From a virus (lineage: Duplodnaviria; Caudoviricetes), in the IMG/VR virus record IMGVR_UViG_3300044623_001196, positions 1-35,184 of that record: a DNA stretch of 35,184 bases, one strand, 5' to 3'. The position numbers were made by a program, and so were the translations under genes. This document shows, one piece after another, positions 1-10,500 of this stretch. The notes beneath the pieces were generated by a model. That model worked only from the letters and a program-made list of their open reading frames with translations. It was not told the origin of the DNA and searched no databases. Position 1 is the stretch's first letter. The number at the start of each line of letters is the position of its first letter.

Positions 1-2
1 AT

Positions 3-1457
3 GTTAAGACTAGGCTTTCTTTAACGATTTCTAAAAAGCACGGTAAAAATATAATAAAATCTAATATAGGAAAGATAAGAGAACTAGAGCCTCAGATAGA
101 AGAGCTTAAAAAAATTATAGCTAATTTATCTGAAAGCAGAGAAGATCTTCTTAAGTCTTTTCCTGATTCTATTAATCTAGAAGAGCTTACTAGAATAAAA
201 AAAGAATGGGAGACTATAGACAACTTTGACAAAGTTAGGGCAGAAAACTTAAAAGAACGAGATATTATAGAAGCTCAGATAGTATCTTTGGGATCTCCTC
301 CCGATAAAGAAATTAATTATATGTCGTCTGACGGTGTTGATTTTTCTAACCTGAGTATTCTTTTGGGCACAGTGTCTTCTAAGGAGGAAAATTTAGAGAA
401 GCTTTTATCTAAAAAAGAATGCCCCGTGTGTGGATCTACTGGCGATATTCTTATTAAAGCTATGCATGATATAAGCGTATCGATACAGGAGATTAAGCCT
501 AAGTTAAACTCTATGAAGATGGCGTGGGATAAAAGCAGAGCTTTTGACAAAGCTCTGTACAAGTACGAATCGGAGGCATCGTCTATACAGAGCAGACTTC
601 AAAAGGTTAATTTTAATTTAAGCATACAAAGGCCAGAAGTTCCTAGAATAGATAAGATAGACGTTTTTGGTGCTATAGATAAGTACCATTCGTTTAGAAA
701 ATCTATTGCAGATATCGATGCTTCTATTCTTAGAAGTACTGCGGAACTCAACAGAAGCGAGTCATCTAAAAGCACAATGGCCGCTCAGGTATCTGAAGCT
801 TCTACTTTTTGTGATATGCTAGAAGACTACGAAAGCCAAGAAGCTTTGTTAAATGCTGAAATGAATAGTATTCATAAGAACAAAGAAATTAAAATACGCA
901 TCGAAGAGAAAATAAAATCTTTAGAAGATCAGGTATTTTATCTTTGTGGCAGGCATGACAAGATAAAAGCGGATATGGAAGAGTCGTCTGTAAACAGTAT
1001 GGTTAGGTTACATCTAGACGATCTTAAGAGTATCATGCACAGAGATAACTTACCTAAACATCTTACAGTTAATTATCTAAGGAGTACTGTAAAAAAACTT
1101 AATGGTTATTTAGATGATTTCAGTGTTAAGTTCAGTATTATGGTAGATGATGATTTAACTTTTTGGGCAACTCTGAGTGACGGTACTGTAATAGCAGCTT
1201 CGCGGCTTTCCGGAGGAGAAAAAGTAGTATTGTCTTTGGCATTTAGGCTAGCCGTTCAGTCTGACTTGAACGGTATAAATTTGCTAGTTCTAGATGAGCC
1301 TACTGTGTGCTTAGACGATGATAACATAGCTTGTTTAGAGAAGGCTTTTGATAGGCTTCGCGCTATGTCAAAGTCTTCAGGCCTTCAGGTTATAGTAGTA
1401 AGCCATGAGAGCGCTATTGAAAGAATGTGTGATCACACCTTTACATTAAACAGGTAA
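3..1457 (+). CDS. SbcC/Rad50-like SMC-family ATPase (5'-truncated by window edge)
   Basis: The frame is open from base 3, upstream of the ORF-track start. It has coiled-coil sequence, a zinc-hook CPVC, ABC signature LSGGEK, Walker B LLVLDEPT and H-loop VSHE. Confidence 0.92.
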   Translation, partial: VKTRLSLTISKKHGKNIIKSNIGKIRELEPQIEELKKIIANLSESREDLLKSFPDSINLEELTRIKKEWETIDNFDKVRAENLKERDIIEAQIVSLGSPPDKEINYMSSDGVDFSNLSILLGTVSSKEENLEKLLSKKECPVCGSTGDILIKAMHDISVSIQEIKPKLNSMKMAWDKSRAFDKALYKYESEASSIQSRLQKVNFNLSIQRPEVPRIDKIDVFGAIDKYHSFRKSIADIDASILRSTAELNRSESSKSTMAAQVSEASTFCDMLEDYESQEALLNAEMNSIHKNKEIKIRIEEKIKSLEDQVFYLCGRHDKIKADMEESSVNSMVRLHLDDLKSIMHRDNLPKHLTVNYLRSTVKKLNGYLDDFSVKFSIMVDDDLTFWATLSDGTVIAASRLSGGEKVVLSLAFRLAVQSDLNGINLLVLDEPTVCLDDDNIACLEKAFDRLRAMSKSSGLQVIVVSHESAIERMCDHTFTLNR

Positions 1458-1460
1458 ATT

Positions 1461-2360
1461 ATGACTTACCCTGAGTCTAAAATATGTAAGCTTACTATGG
1501 ATCATGCCGATAAGGTTTGGTCTGTCATGGGAGATACTACGCCTATATGTACTAATTTGACTATAGAAGAATACTTGCCCACTATGCTAAAATCTAAAAA
1601 ATTTTACGGTAGGGTAAGAGTTTTAGGTAGTCACTTAAACGCTAAACTAATATCTGACTTGTACTCTTTAGGGGTATCTCGTCAGATAGATAGTTTAGAG
1701 ATAGGCAAGCCGGATAGAATTTTTAGATTGTCCCCAGAAGAATCCTTGTTAAAGATGCGTACGTTAGATTTACCTTCTTACATGGGTGGTTGGCACGCCG
1801 CTAATACTCAAGATCAGATATCTTATAACGTAGCTTACTTGTTGCAAATTGATCCTAGCAGCTTAGAAGCTATTTCTTTAATGAAGCAGCATCCTTTATG
1901 GGAGTATGCTACTTTTGTACACGGAATAGATGAAGCTTCTTTCGTTCACGTTTTCTCTTACATATTAGATCCTCGTTGGTTTATCGATACTGATAGACCA
2001 TACAGGCTTTCTAGAATGTATTCTTGGCTGGGTTTAATGAATGGAACGCAGTCGGAGGAGAAGATAAAAAGAAAAGAAAAAGTTTACAGCTGCTGGGCAT
2101 CTAGTACGGCAATATCTGAAGGAAATGATAAAAAGAAAAAATGGGATATAGCTGAAGAGGCTAATAAGTTATTTCCAAATAAACAAGAATGGCATATGCT
2201 TCTGAGATCTTCTCAGCTTTTTATCCGGTATATCCGTACAGCTTGGCTAGATTGTTTTTACTCTTACCCAAATCCTTGGATGGAAAGAATATTAGATCCA
2301 GACTTGTTTTTTAAATCAGAAGACAGTTCTTTAAAGTTTAAATGTCATAAGCTTAAGTAA
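1461..2360 (+). CDS. Degenerate IS110-transposase / TIGR-Tas (Nop-domain)-like protein
   Basis: HPLWEYATFVHGID...ILDPRWF...SRMYSWLGL resembles the IS110 C-terminal pattern (..GIG..A..I.D..RF.....L..Y.GL). The C-terminal HMLLRSSQLFIRYIRTAW helix also fits. The N-terminus has RNase H-like strand/helix patterning without a recognisable DEDD set. Confidence 0.5.
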   Translation: MTYPESKICKLTMDHADKVWSVMGDTTPICTNLTIEEYLPTMLKSKKFYGRVRVLGSHLNAKLISDLYSLGVSRQIDSLEIGKPDRIFRLSPEESLLKMRTLDLPSYMGGWHAANTQDQISYNVAYLLQIDPSSLEAISLMKQHPLWEYATFVHGIDEASFVHVFSYILDPRWFIDTDRPYRLSRMYSWLGLMNGTQSEEKIKRKEKVYSCWASSTAISEGNDKKKKWDIAEEANKLFPNKQEWHMLLRSSQLFIRYIRTAWLDCFYSYPNPWMERILDPDLFFKSEDSSLKFKCHKLK

Positions 2361-2558
2361 GTTTAATATTAAATTTATTTTATATTTTAACTTACTACTG
2401 CTTAACGCCTTACGGGTTAACGTAAGTTATTTTAACAATAACAGTTTGACTGTGGCCTAACTGACAAATACAATCTGCTTACAAGACCTACTGATCAATC
2501 TACATTCTTCCATTTACGTAATGGGTGCATACATTTTCATGATTACTGGAGTAATATT

Positions 2559-4109
2559 TTGAATTTTACTTTTACTTTGCAAGATCATTTTCTACGAGTA
2601 GCTTTAACCGATGGTTCACCTATTCCAGAAAACATAGTTAAAAAAATAGAATCTAAGTTGTCTTACTTGCATACAACTTTTAATCATCTATCTTCGTCTT
2701 TTGGAGGAGGATCATTTGTTTCAGAGATGCGTAAGTTATTTGCCCGTGACGCTAATAACGGAATTAATTGTCCTAAGGGGTTTTACCCTTCAATCAAAGC
2801 ATGTGTCGAATCAATGGGGGGTGTTGTATCTGTTACGGACTTAGACGCTGATTATTACAACGGAAAGACTTTTGAGGTAGATATAAATAAGCTAGACGGT
2901 CGACTAACTTTAAGAGATAGGCAAGACGAGTGCTTAGCTTCTATATTGTCAAGCCGTGGCGGCATGGTTGTAGGGCCTACTGGATTTGGAAAATCTTTTA
3001 TGTTTTCGGCAATATGTTTAGTTTACCCAAACGCAAAAATACATGTGATAACTAAAAGAGTTGACGTTATGCGTAGAATTCATTCTGGGTTATCTAAGTA
3101 CATTCCTAACATTGGAGTAATTGGAGCGGGTAAAAAGACTTGGAGCAGGGTTACCGTGATCACTGCAGACAGCATGCATAAGATTGGCCATTACGGAGAA
3201 AGTGCAGCAGACATAGTTTTGTATGACGAGGCACACGAAGCGGCTGCTCCTACTTACGCCGACATGCTAACTAGGTACACTAAAGCAAAAAGATTTGGGT
3301 TTACAGCATCGCCGGATGGTAGAGCGGATGGTGCTCACTTTATACTTGAAGGCCTGTTTGGTCCAAACATATTTGAGCTGTCTTACGCTGACGCTGTTAA
3401 GGTGGATCTTATAGTTCCTATAAAAGTAGAGTGGATAACTGTAAATTCCACTAGCGGAAATTCTTGTAGTGGAATGTCGGGAGTTCCCAAGGAGAGATGG
3501 GGTATATGGAGAAATGACGATAGGAATGAAGCCATAGCAAAAAAAGCAAATCAGTATGGTAAAGATGAGCAGGTTCTTATTATGGTTAAATCTATAGAAC
3601 ACGCGGTTTATCTTAAGCAGCACCTTCCTGATTTTTTAATATGTTATGACAGTATGGACCAGCACGATTACGATAACTACGTAGCAAAAGGTTTTATTGA
3701 CCCAGAGACTTGCCCTATTATGAATCCTGCTAGACGAGAGGATATGCGAGTTGGTTTTGAAAAGGGCATTATAAAGAAAGTTATAAGCACTGACGTTTGG
3801 AGTACAGGCGTTGACTTTGCACAGCTAGGCGTGTTGATAAGAGCAGATGCTAGAGCTAGTAAAATTGTGGATATACAAGCGCCTGGTAGGGTATCTAGGA
3901 AACATGAGGAGTCTGGTAAATCTTACGGATTAGTAATAGACGTAATGGACAATTTTGACCACACGTTTATGAACAGAAGCAGAAGTAGAAAGCTAAGCTA
4001 TAAAAAAATAGGTTGGCAAGATATAACTGCTTACGAGAATATTTCAGCGCCTTACTTTGTTAATCCTAGTGATGACTCTTTTGACATACTTGGGTCAGAC
4101 TTTGAGTAG
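2559..4109 (+). CDS. Superfamily 2 DEAH-box helicase (UvsW/Rad25-like)
   Basis: Q-motif LRDRQ, Walker A GPTGFGKS, DEAH, motif III TAS, STDVWSTGVD and motif VI QAPGRVSR. TTG start preceded by GGAG. Confidence 0.92.
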   Translation: MNFTFTLQDHFLRVALTDGSPIPENIVKKIESKLSYLHTTFNHLSSSFGGGSFVSEMRKLFARDANNGINCPKGFYPSIKACVESMGGVVSVTDLDADYYNGKTFEVDINKLDGRLTLRDRQDECLASILSSRGGMVVGPTGFGKSFMFSAICLVYPNAKIHVITKRVDVMRRIHSGLSKYIPNIGVIGAGKKTWSRVTVITADSMHKIGHYGESAADIVLYDEAHEAAAPTYADMLTRYTKAKRFGFTASPDGRADGAHFILEGLFGPNIFELSYADAVKVDLIVPIKVEWITVNSTSGNSCSGMSGVPKERWGIWRNDDRNEAIAKKANQYGKDEQVLIMVKSIEHAVYLKQHLPDFLICYDSMDQHDYDNYVAKGFIDPETCPIMNPARREDMRVGFEKGIIKKVISTDVWSTGVDFAQLGVLIRADARASKIVDIQAPGRVSRKHEESGKSYGLVIDVMDNFDHTFMNRSRSRKLSYKKIGWQDITAYENISAPYFVNPSDDSFDILGSDFE

Positions 4110-4125
4110 TTATTTCAGTTCTAAT

Positions 4126-4809
4126 ATGAGAGCAAAAGAAGCTAGACGTGTGTACTGTTGTCACATGAAAAAATTTTTACGCACTAGGAACAGGGCAGCG
4201 TCTAGCTATGGTGATAAGGTAATCCCTAATTATGATGGAACTTCTACTGGGAGGCCTAGGCCAAACGAAGCAATTATTCATAGAAAGGGTAGGGAGTATA
4301 AAGAGGTATGGCCCAAAATAGAAGAGTGCGCAAAGAATAGCGGTCTTAGTATTGTAGAACTTATAAGGTCACAATTTGAGGCTTCTATAGAAGGGCCTCC
4401 TTCTGCTACTTCTTGTTATGGCCCTAGGGCTATTAGCATGGCTATGTCTAGAAGAGACGCATCTAGGCAAGAAACACACAGCTTGCTTTTGTCTTACAGA
4501 AAAGTATTAGATAATGAAACCATGTTGTTTTTTAATCTAATTAAGTCTAATCAGCTATTTTCTGATCTCGTAAATTTGTGTGCGGTGTCTTCTGTTTTTA
4601 AGGTTAACTCTATTATGTCTAGGTCTTTAGATATTAAAATTTCTGAGCATTTAAGGTATGAAGCCGAGAGAGACTATTTGCTAAAGCCTGACGTATATAA
4701 CGATTCTTGGGGTTCATTTATAAATCCCACATTTAAGGAAGATTGTTTTATGAGTTTATCAAAAGAGAGAAGAAGTTTAGGTATAAACACAAATTTGTTA
4801 ATATTGTAA
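4126..4809 (+). CDS. Hypothetical protein (between helicases; start uncertain, TTG 4102 or ATG 4126)
   Basis: Long open frame filling the gap in an operon-like arrangement; no motif recognised. Confidence 0.7.
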   Translation: MRAKEARRVYCCHMKKFLRTRNRAASSYGDKVIPNYDGTSTGRPRPNEAIIHRKGREYKEVWPKIEECAKNSGLSIVELIRSQFEASIEGPPSATSCYGPRAISMAMSRRDASRQETHSLLLSYRKVLDNETMLFFNLIKSNQLFSDLVNLCAVSSVFKVNSIMSRSLDIKISEHLRYEAERDYLLKPDVYNDSWGSFINPTFKEDCFMSLSKERRSLGINTNLLIL

Positions 4810-4818
4810 GAGGCTACT

Positions 4819-6441
4819 ATGACACCTAAAGAAAAAATATCGGTAGTTGACACAGTATATAGACTTGATCGTTCTTCTATAGATTTCATGATAAAGCACA
4901 TGGTATCTGATCGTATTATTTTATCTGAAAGCATAGATCACGTTTTAGAAGATTATTTTAATTTTGATGAAAGAGCTTACAGGATAATACTTAAAAGCAT
5001 AAAAATTCTAAAATCATTTTTTGCAAATGAGGACTTTACCAAAGAAAGCATAGGCGTAGTTATCTCAGATAACGACGAAGTGAGGTCTAGTATTTTAGAT
5101 GGGTCTTCTGATTTAAAGGACGAAATATTATCTATTGTTAATGATGCTTTTGCCTTTACTTCGGATGACATAGAAAAGAACAGGGCTATGTGCCGCACTA
5201 TTTTAAGAAGGTTCTTAAGTGAAAGAGGTATTAGCGATAAGCTCTATAATCAAATTATATCTTCTGCAAAAACTCATTCGGTTATAGGCGATCCCGAGGA
5301 ATTGTTAAACACTTATCAAAATACGTTTACTTCAATTCAGTCTCTTCAAACATCGGCCATGTGCGAAATAATGCCAGCCGGGTGGGCACCGACAGTAAAG
5401 ATGGGTGACCCTCTAGGCATACCTTTTATAGATCAGTTTGTAACTGGCGGTGTTTCTCCTGGAGAAACATTTGGAATAATAGGAGGTTTTGGCTCAGGTA
5501 AGACTTGGATGGGTATTCAGTTTTTAGCAAATTTCTGCGTTAGCGAACATGCTAAGAAACTAAAGTGTTTACGTGATGGCGTTCCTTACAAACAAAAAGT
5601 AGCTATATATGCTAACTACGAAGGTAACACCGATACTATTCGTTATAGGCTTATGGCTATGTTAGCTAAGATGCCTACTAATACGGTAAAGGATTTCTTG
5701 TCTCAAAGAGTTGCTCTTTCTACTTCATCAAATTTAAATGAATATGAAATGAAAAGATATGCTAGGGTAGTTAATGACGAGCTTCGCCTTCCTGAAGTAG
5801 TAAGGTATGCAAATGCTTTAGAGATGGCTAATACCTACGCTAGAATTTTAGACATGTCGGGTTCCGGTAATACAGGTTTGGGTAGCGGGTATATTCCAGA
5901 GATGGTTTCCCAGATACACAAATTCGTTAACTCTACTAACCATGACATAGGTTTAGTTGTAACTGATTACGCTAAGCTTATTGCAGACAGGCACTTGTAT
6001 CATAAGGGTATAGACATGGTGCACTTACGCCATTATATAAAAAGAATACCCGAGATGTTATCTATACAAGTAGGTATGAAGTACAACTGCACGGTAGTCA
6101 TATTGCATCAGCTAAGCGGTGCAGCAAATGATATAAAACCAGGTAAACCTTTACATCATTCTGACTCTGCAGAGAGTAAGGATTTTGTTGAAAATCTCCA
6201 TCGTAATTTTATGATAGGGGCGGTTCACCCAACATTCGGAGTACAGAGATTTCAAGCTACTAAGTTGCGGGACGATGAAAGGCCTTCAATTATGCATTCG
6301 GTCATACGTCTTGATAGGGACAGCAGCTCGTTCGTTTCAGACTCGGATTACGTTATAGACGAGTACGACGGATTTGCTCCAGCCAGTGTAGCCCGTAGAG
6401 GGTTAGGGGCTCCCGGATCGGGGGAAGACCCTTTTAGATAA
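4819..6441 (+). CDS. DnaB-like (SF4) replicative helicase
   Basis: Walker A GGFGSGKT, YEG catalytic Glu region, VVTDY Walker B, VILHQLS motif and KLR arginine finger; adjacent to primase. Confidence 0.88.
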   Translation: MTPKEKISVVDTVYRLDRSSIDFMIKHMVSDRIILSESIDHVLEDYFNFDERAYRIILKSIKILKSFFANEDFTKESIGVVISDNDEVRSSILDGSSDLKDEILSIVNDAFAFTSDDIEKNRAMCRTILRRFLSERGISDKLYNQIISSAKTHSVIGDPEELLNTYQNTFTSIQSLQTSAMCEIMPAGWAPTVKMGDPLGIPFIDQFVTGGVSPGETFGIIGGFGSGKTWMGIQFLANFCVSEHAKKLKCLRDGVPYKQKVAIYANYEGNTDTIRYRLMAMLAKMPTNTVKDFLSQRVALSTSSNLNEYEMKRYARVVNDELRLPEVVRYANALEMANTYARILDMSGSGNTGLGSGYIPEMVSQIHKFVNSTNHDIGLVVTDYAKLIADRHLYHKGIDMVHLRHYIKRIPEMLSIQVGMKYNCTVVILHQLSGAANDIKPGKPLHHSDSAESKDFVENLHRNFMIGAVHPTFGVQRFQATKLRDDERPSIMHSVIRLDRDSSSFVSDSDYVIDEYDGFAPASVARRGLGAPGSGEDPFR

Positions 6442-6462
6442 ATATAAGGAAAGGCGGAATAA

Positions 6463-7521
6463 ATGGGACAGTTCTTAGAAGAGGGGGATGTACTATGCCC
6501 CGATCTATACTTCAGGCTAAGGAGGCATTTCGGAAAAGTTCGTGTTAGTAATAGAGGAGAAGGGCTAGTCATGTCTCCAGGGGCAATGGGAGGAAAGCCT
6601 AGGGTAGTATCTAGCGGCGAGCATTACAGCGTATGTTGCCCTTGGTGTGGTGACACTAGATACCGATTGTTTATTAACCATCGCTGGTTTGAATATAGGT
6701 ACATGGCTAATTGCTTTAATGAAACCTGCTGCACCAAAGGGGACAGCGGTAAACATAGATTAAATCAGTTATACTTGTGGCTGTTCAACACTTCGGCAAT
6801 GGTGTCTTTAACGGTTCGATCATCTAAGATAAACTTAGACGATTACGCTCCCTCACTTGAATTTGTGCCTCCTGAAGGATGTGTATCGTTGTCTTCTCTT
6901 CCAGAGGACCACGAAGCAATACTATATATAAAATCTAGGGGGTATAACCCTAGTGTTGTAGAAAAGTATTTGGGGGTTGGTTGGATATCTGAAGAAGCAG
7001 TTCCGCTGTTAAGGAGCAGGCTGTACATTCCAGCGTACAGCGGTAATAAGCTATTAGGGTATCAGGCTAGAGTGATATCAGAAAAATCTGTAAGTAAGCA
7101 GAAATACATAAATCCACCGGGAATGAAGAAATCAAAAATTATTTATAATTTAGACAACGCTTCTGCTCAAAATTTAGTAGTCATATGTGAAGGACCTATT
7201 GATGTGTGGTCTATAGGTCCCGCCGGCGTTGCAATTTTTGGAAGCGACTGCAGCTATAGGCAGCTTTCTATAATAGGCGAAAACTTTAACGGAAAGGATA
7301 TAGCCGTAGCTCTAGACGGCGACGCTTCTTACAAGGCGGACGCTTTAGTAGAAAGCATACGAGGGGCTGCCACAAGATCCCACGTATTTAAAGTACCTAT
7401 GGCAGTAGGAGAAGATCCTGGAGATCTGCGCTTAGAGTTGTGGAGACGAATAGAAAATTGTCTAGTTGAAGGGGGAAAGAATATTGATCCCCAAACACTT
7501 AAGGAGTGGCCCAGTGAATAA
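6463..7521 (+). CDS. DnaG-like DNA primase (Zn-binding domain + TOPRIM)
   Basis: CCPWCGD...CFNETC zinc finger, YQAR, KYINP, and TOPRIM motifs ICEGPID, LDGD and EDPGD. Confidence 0.92.
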   Translation: MGQFLEEGDVLCPDLYFRLRRHFGKVRVSNRGEGLVMSPGAMGGKPRVVSSGEHYSVCCPWCGDTRYRLFINHRWFEYRYMANCFNETCCTKGDSGKHRLNQLYLWLFNTSAMVSLTVRSSKINLDDYAPSLEFVPPEGCVSLSSLPEDHEAILYIKSRGYNPSVVEKYLGVGWISEEAVPLLRSRLYIPAYSGNKLLGYQARVISEKSVSKQKYINPPGMKKSKIIYNLDNASAQNLVVICEGPIDVWSIGPAGVAIFGSDCSYRQLSIIGENFNGKDIAVALDGDASYKADALVESIRGAATRSHVFKVPMAVGEDPGDLRLELWRRIENCLVEGGKNIDPQTLKEWPSE

Positions 7522-10500
7522 CTCGGAGTTTAGAGCCGCTTGTACTAAAAATAATTTTTTAATTTTTAAGGAGAATAATGAAAAGCACGGCCCCCTTTCA
7601 AATTGGCCTTTTGTATTTCCTTCTGACCCGTCTTTAGGAATAAAAAAAGCAGCAGAGTTTTATCAGTGTGCTCAATTGCTAGCTGATGGTGCAGACGATA
7701 AAGAAATAGACTTATGGTATGACTTTCTCCACATGCGGGCTTTGTACGATACTAATTTTGTATTGCCCATATCTAACGGTGGAATTATATCAGAAGCAGT
7801 TTTTGTACCTGGATGCGGATGGATGGACTCATGTAGGGTAGGTCCTTTCCGTAAATTTAAGTATATGATTGTAGGCAAAGAGCCAAGCAACTTTGATTTT
7901 TCTAGTAAGAGAGCTAATCTGGGTATTAGCGCAAACTTGCTCGGAGATGAGCTAGAGTCTAAAGGGTTATCTAAATCTGATTTTTATATAACCTATGTTG
8001 TTAAGCATCAAAACTTAAATCTAGTCGGTGCTACTTTAAAGTCTTCTTGGATTAATAACTGTAACGCGCTTTTACGTGCTGAGATAATATTAACAAGGCC
8101 AGAGGTTATTCTTACTTTAGGCGACGAAGCGCTTAAAGCTTTGGCGGGTAGAGATGCAAGACTATCCGACTCTTCTGGAAAAGTGTTTACTTTAGATATA
8201 CCTTTACCCGAAGGAGGAGTACATAGTGTAAAGATTGTATCGTGCGTAAGTCCAGCTTTTGTAAGGAGATACCCTCAAAACTTAGAAAGATTTAAAAAAT
8301 CAATTTCTCATTTCTCTTTGGTATGTAATGGCGTTTCTATAGAAACTACAGAAAAGGACATACTTCATTTCTCTATAGATTCGGCTAGCGATCTTTTGCG
8401 AGTACGGGACGACATCATGAAAGATGCAAACCCAGTAATTGCAGTTGATCTAGAATGGCAGGGAGAGTGGCCTGGGCACAAGTCTTCGTACGTGAGAACG
8501 GTTCAGATATCTTGGAAGCCTAAGGTAGCTTGCTGCATCATGGTGAATAAAGCTGGAGGAGGTTTTATCTTTAAAGAGGATGTAGCTTCTTTAGCGGAAT
8601 CTCTTAACGCCGTATTTAAACCAAAAGACGGAAGGCACGTTAGAGTAGTAGGTCATTATCTAACCTCAGATCTTCCTTGGCTAAAGTCTTTGGGTGTAGA
8701 TCTGTTTGACTCATTCAATACGACGTCCGATAGCGGTGTTCCTATGGATGAGGTATCAAGTAAAACGCATGGGGGGTTCGATACACTTTTAGCAGCTCAC
8801 GCTGTAGATGAGACTGGTGTGTTTAACTTAGAAGACCAAGCTGTAACTTATTGCAATGTACCTAGATGGGAGCATCCTTTATCTGATTGGAAAAAGGAAT
8901 TCTGCAGGGACAACGGAATGAAAAGCTCAGAGCTTGGTGGGTATGGTATGTGCCCTGACGACATTCTAGTACCGTACGGGTGCTATGACGCAGATGCTAC
9001 TAGGAGGCTTTACGATTACTACAACGGTGTAGGTGATAAGGATGGCGCCTTAGATTCAGACCTTCACGGAAATAGTTCTAGGAAAGCTTACTGGCTATCT
9101 ATGAGAGCATATCCAGCATTCATAGAAATGAGAAATACAGGCATAAGTATAGATAAGGAAAGGGTTTACAGTCTAACCGCTCTATACATGAAAGTTTACA
9201 ACGCTTTGTTATTTAAATTAAGGGTTGCTATAAAATGGCCTGAGTTCAATCCGTCTAGCCCGTACCATAAGAGAGAACTTCTGTTTGGAGAAGAGCTTTC
9301 CGGAAAGAGAGACTCCAAAGGTGTAGCAGAAAGGATGAGGCCAGAAGGCGCAATTTCCTTGGGACTAGATCCTTACAAGAGCACGGGGTCAGGGGCAAAG
9401 GGAAAACTGTGGGAAGAGATAGTAGCGTCAGAAAAATCTCACTTGTACTCTGCGTCAACTGATAGGGAGTCTCTAACTATATTAGCGGAGACAAGCCCTA
9501 TTGCCTGCATGCTAAAGGATGTTAGATCTCTGTATCATCTGTGTACGACGGTACTTAGGCCACCAGAGTGTGACGACGAAGGTAACGATAAGACAGATTC
9601 GGATGGAGACGTGGTATACGATAAAGGTCTTCTTTCCTACATCCACTACGATGGAAAGATAAGATCTATGTTTAGTCAGACTAAGGAAACTGGTCGGGCT
9701 TCTAGCTCCAATCCTAATATGCAAAACTTAGGTAAGACAATCGAAGATAAGTATAAAGCTATATTCCTATCTCACGGGGACGAGCTAGGAGTATCCTATA
9801 CTTACCCGCTTCGATCTGTAGTGTCTCCTAGCCCAGGCTGTGTTCTAGTAGAAGCAGATTATACCGGAGCCGAGCTGGCTATTATGGCTTGGCAGTCTGG
9901 GGACATGAACATGATTGATCATGTTCGTCGCGCTAATCTTCCGGAAGATCATCCGGAGTATTACGACATTCATAGCAATGTCGCAGTTAACACTTTTAAA
10001 TTAACATGTCCGCCTACAAAGAAAGGATTGAAAGATGCGGGCAAGGGAGGATTGCGGACAGCAGCTAAAGCTGTTGTTTTTGGCTACGCTTATGGGCAGG
10101 GAGCTGCGTCAACTGCTAGAAGGGCTAAACAGGAGGGGGTTATAATATCTATAGGAGAAGCTCAGTCTCTAATAGACGGATTAGTAACTATGTACCCAGG
10201 TTTGCCTATATATTTCAATGAGTGCAGGGCTAGGGTTACAGCAGCAGGTTGGATTAAAAATTCATTCGGAAGATATCGTAGGTTTGCTAAAACTGATGAT
10301 AGGCTGGCCGTATCGGAATACGAAAGGCAGGCCATGAATTTCCCTATTCAGTCCTCTGTGGCTGACGCGGTTTCTTGCGCTTTAGGAAATATAAAGGAGT
10401 ACAGAGCGAATAACAATGTGGAGTATAACATCATACTTCAGATTCATGACGCAGTAATATTAGAAGTGCCTTATAGATTTGTGGAAGACGTTGTTGATAA

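Noticed and set aside
2361-2558. CRISPR array or canonical TIGR array
   Set aside because: There are no repeats of CRISPR length and no regular ~36-nt unit with conserved edge and loop repeats. Only a loose dinucleotide periodicity is present, kept as a hypothesis.
1461-2558. Active IS110 insertion sequence
   Set aside because: No DEDD tetrad is recognisable, no element ends were seen, and the gene is snugly coupled to sbcC, so it is not annotated as a mobile element.
7466-7513. ORF-track upstream starts for the polymerase (and similarly 12381, 13994, 23255, 25159, 27709, 32894, 33657)
   Set aside because: Downstream in-frame ATG/GTG codons have better RBSs and less overlap, so starts were adjusted.
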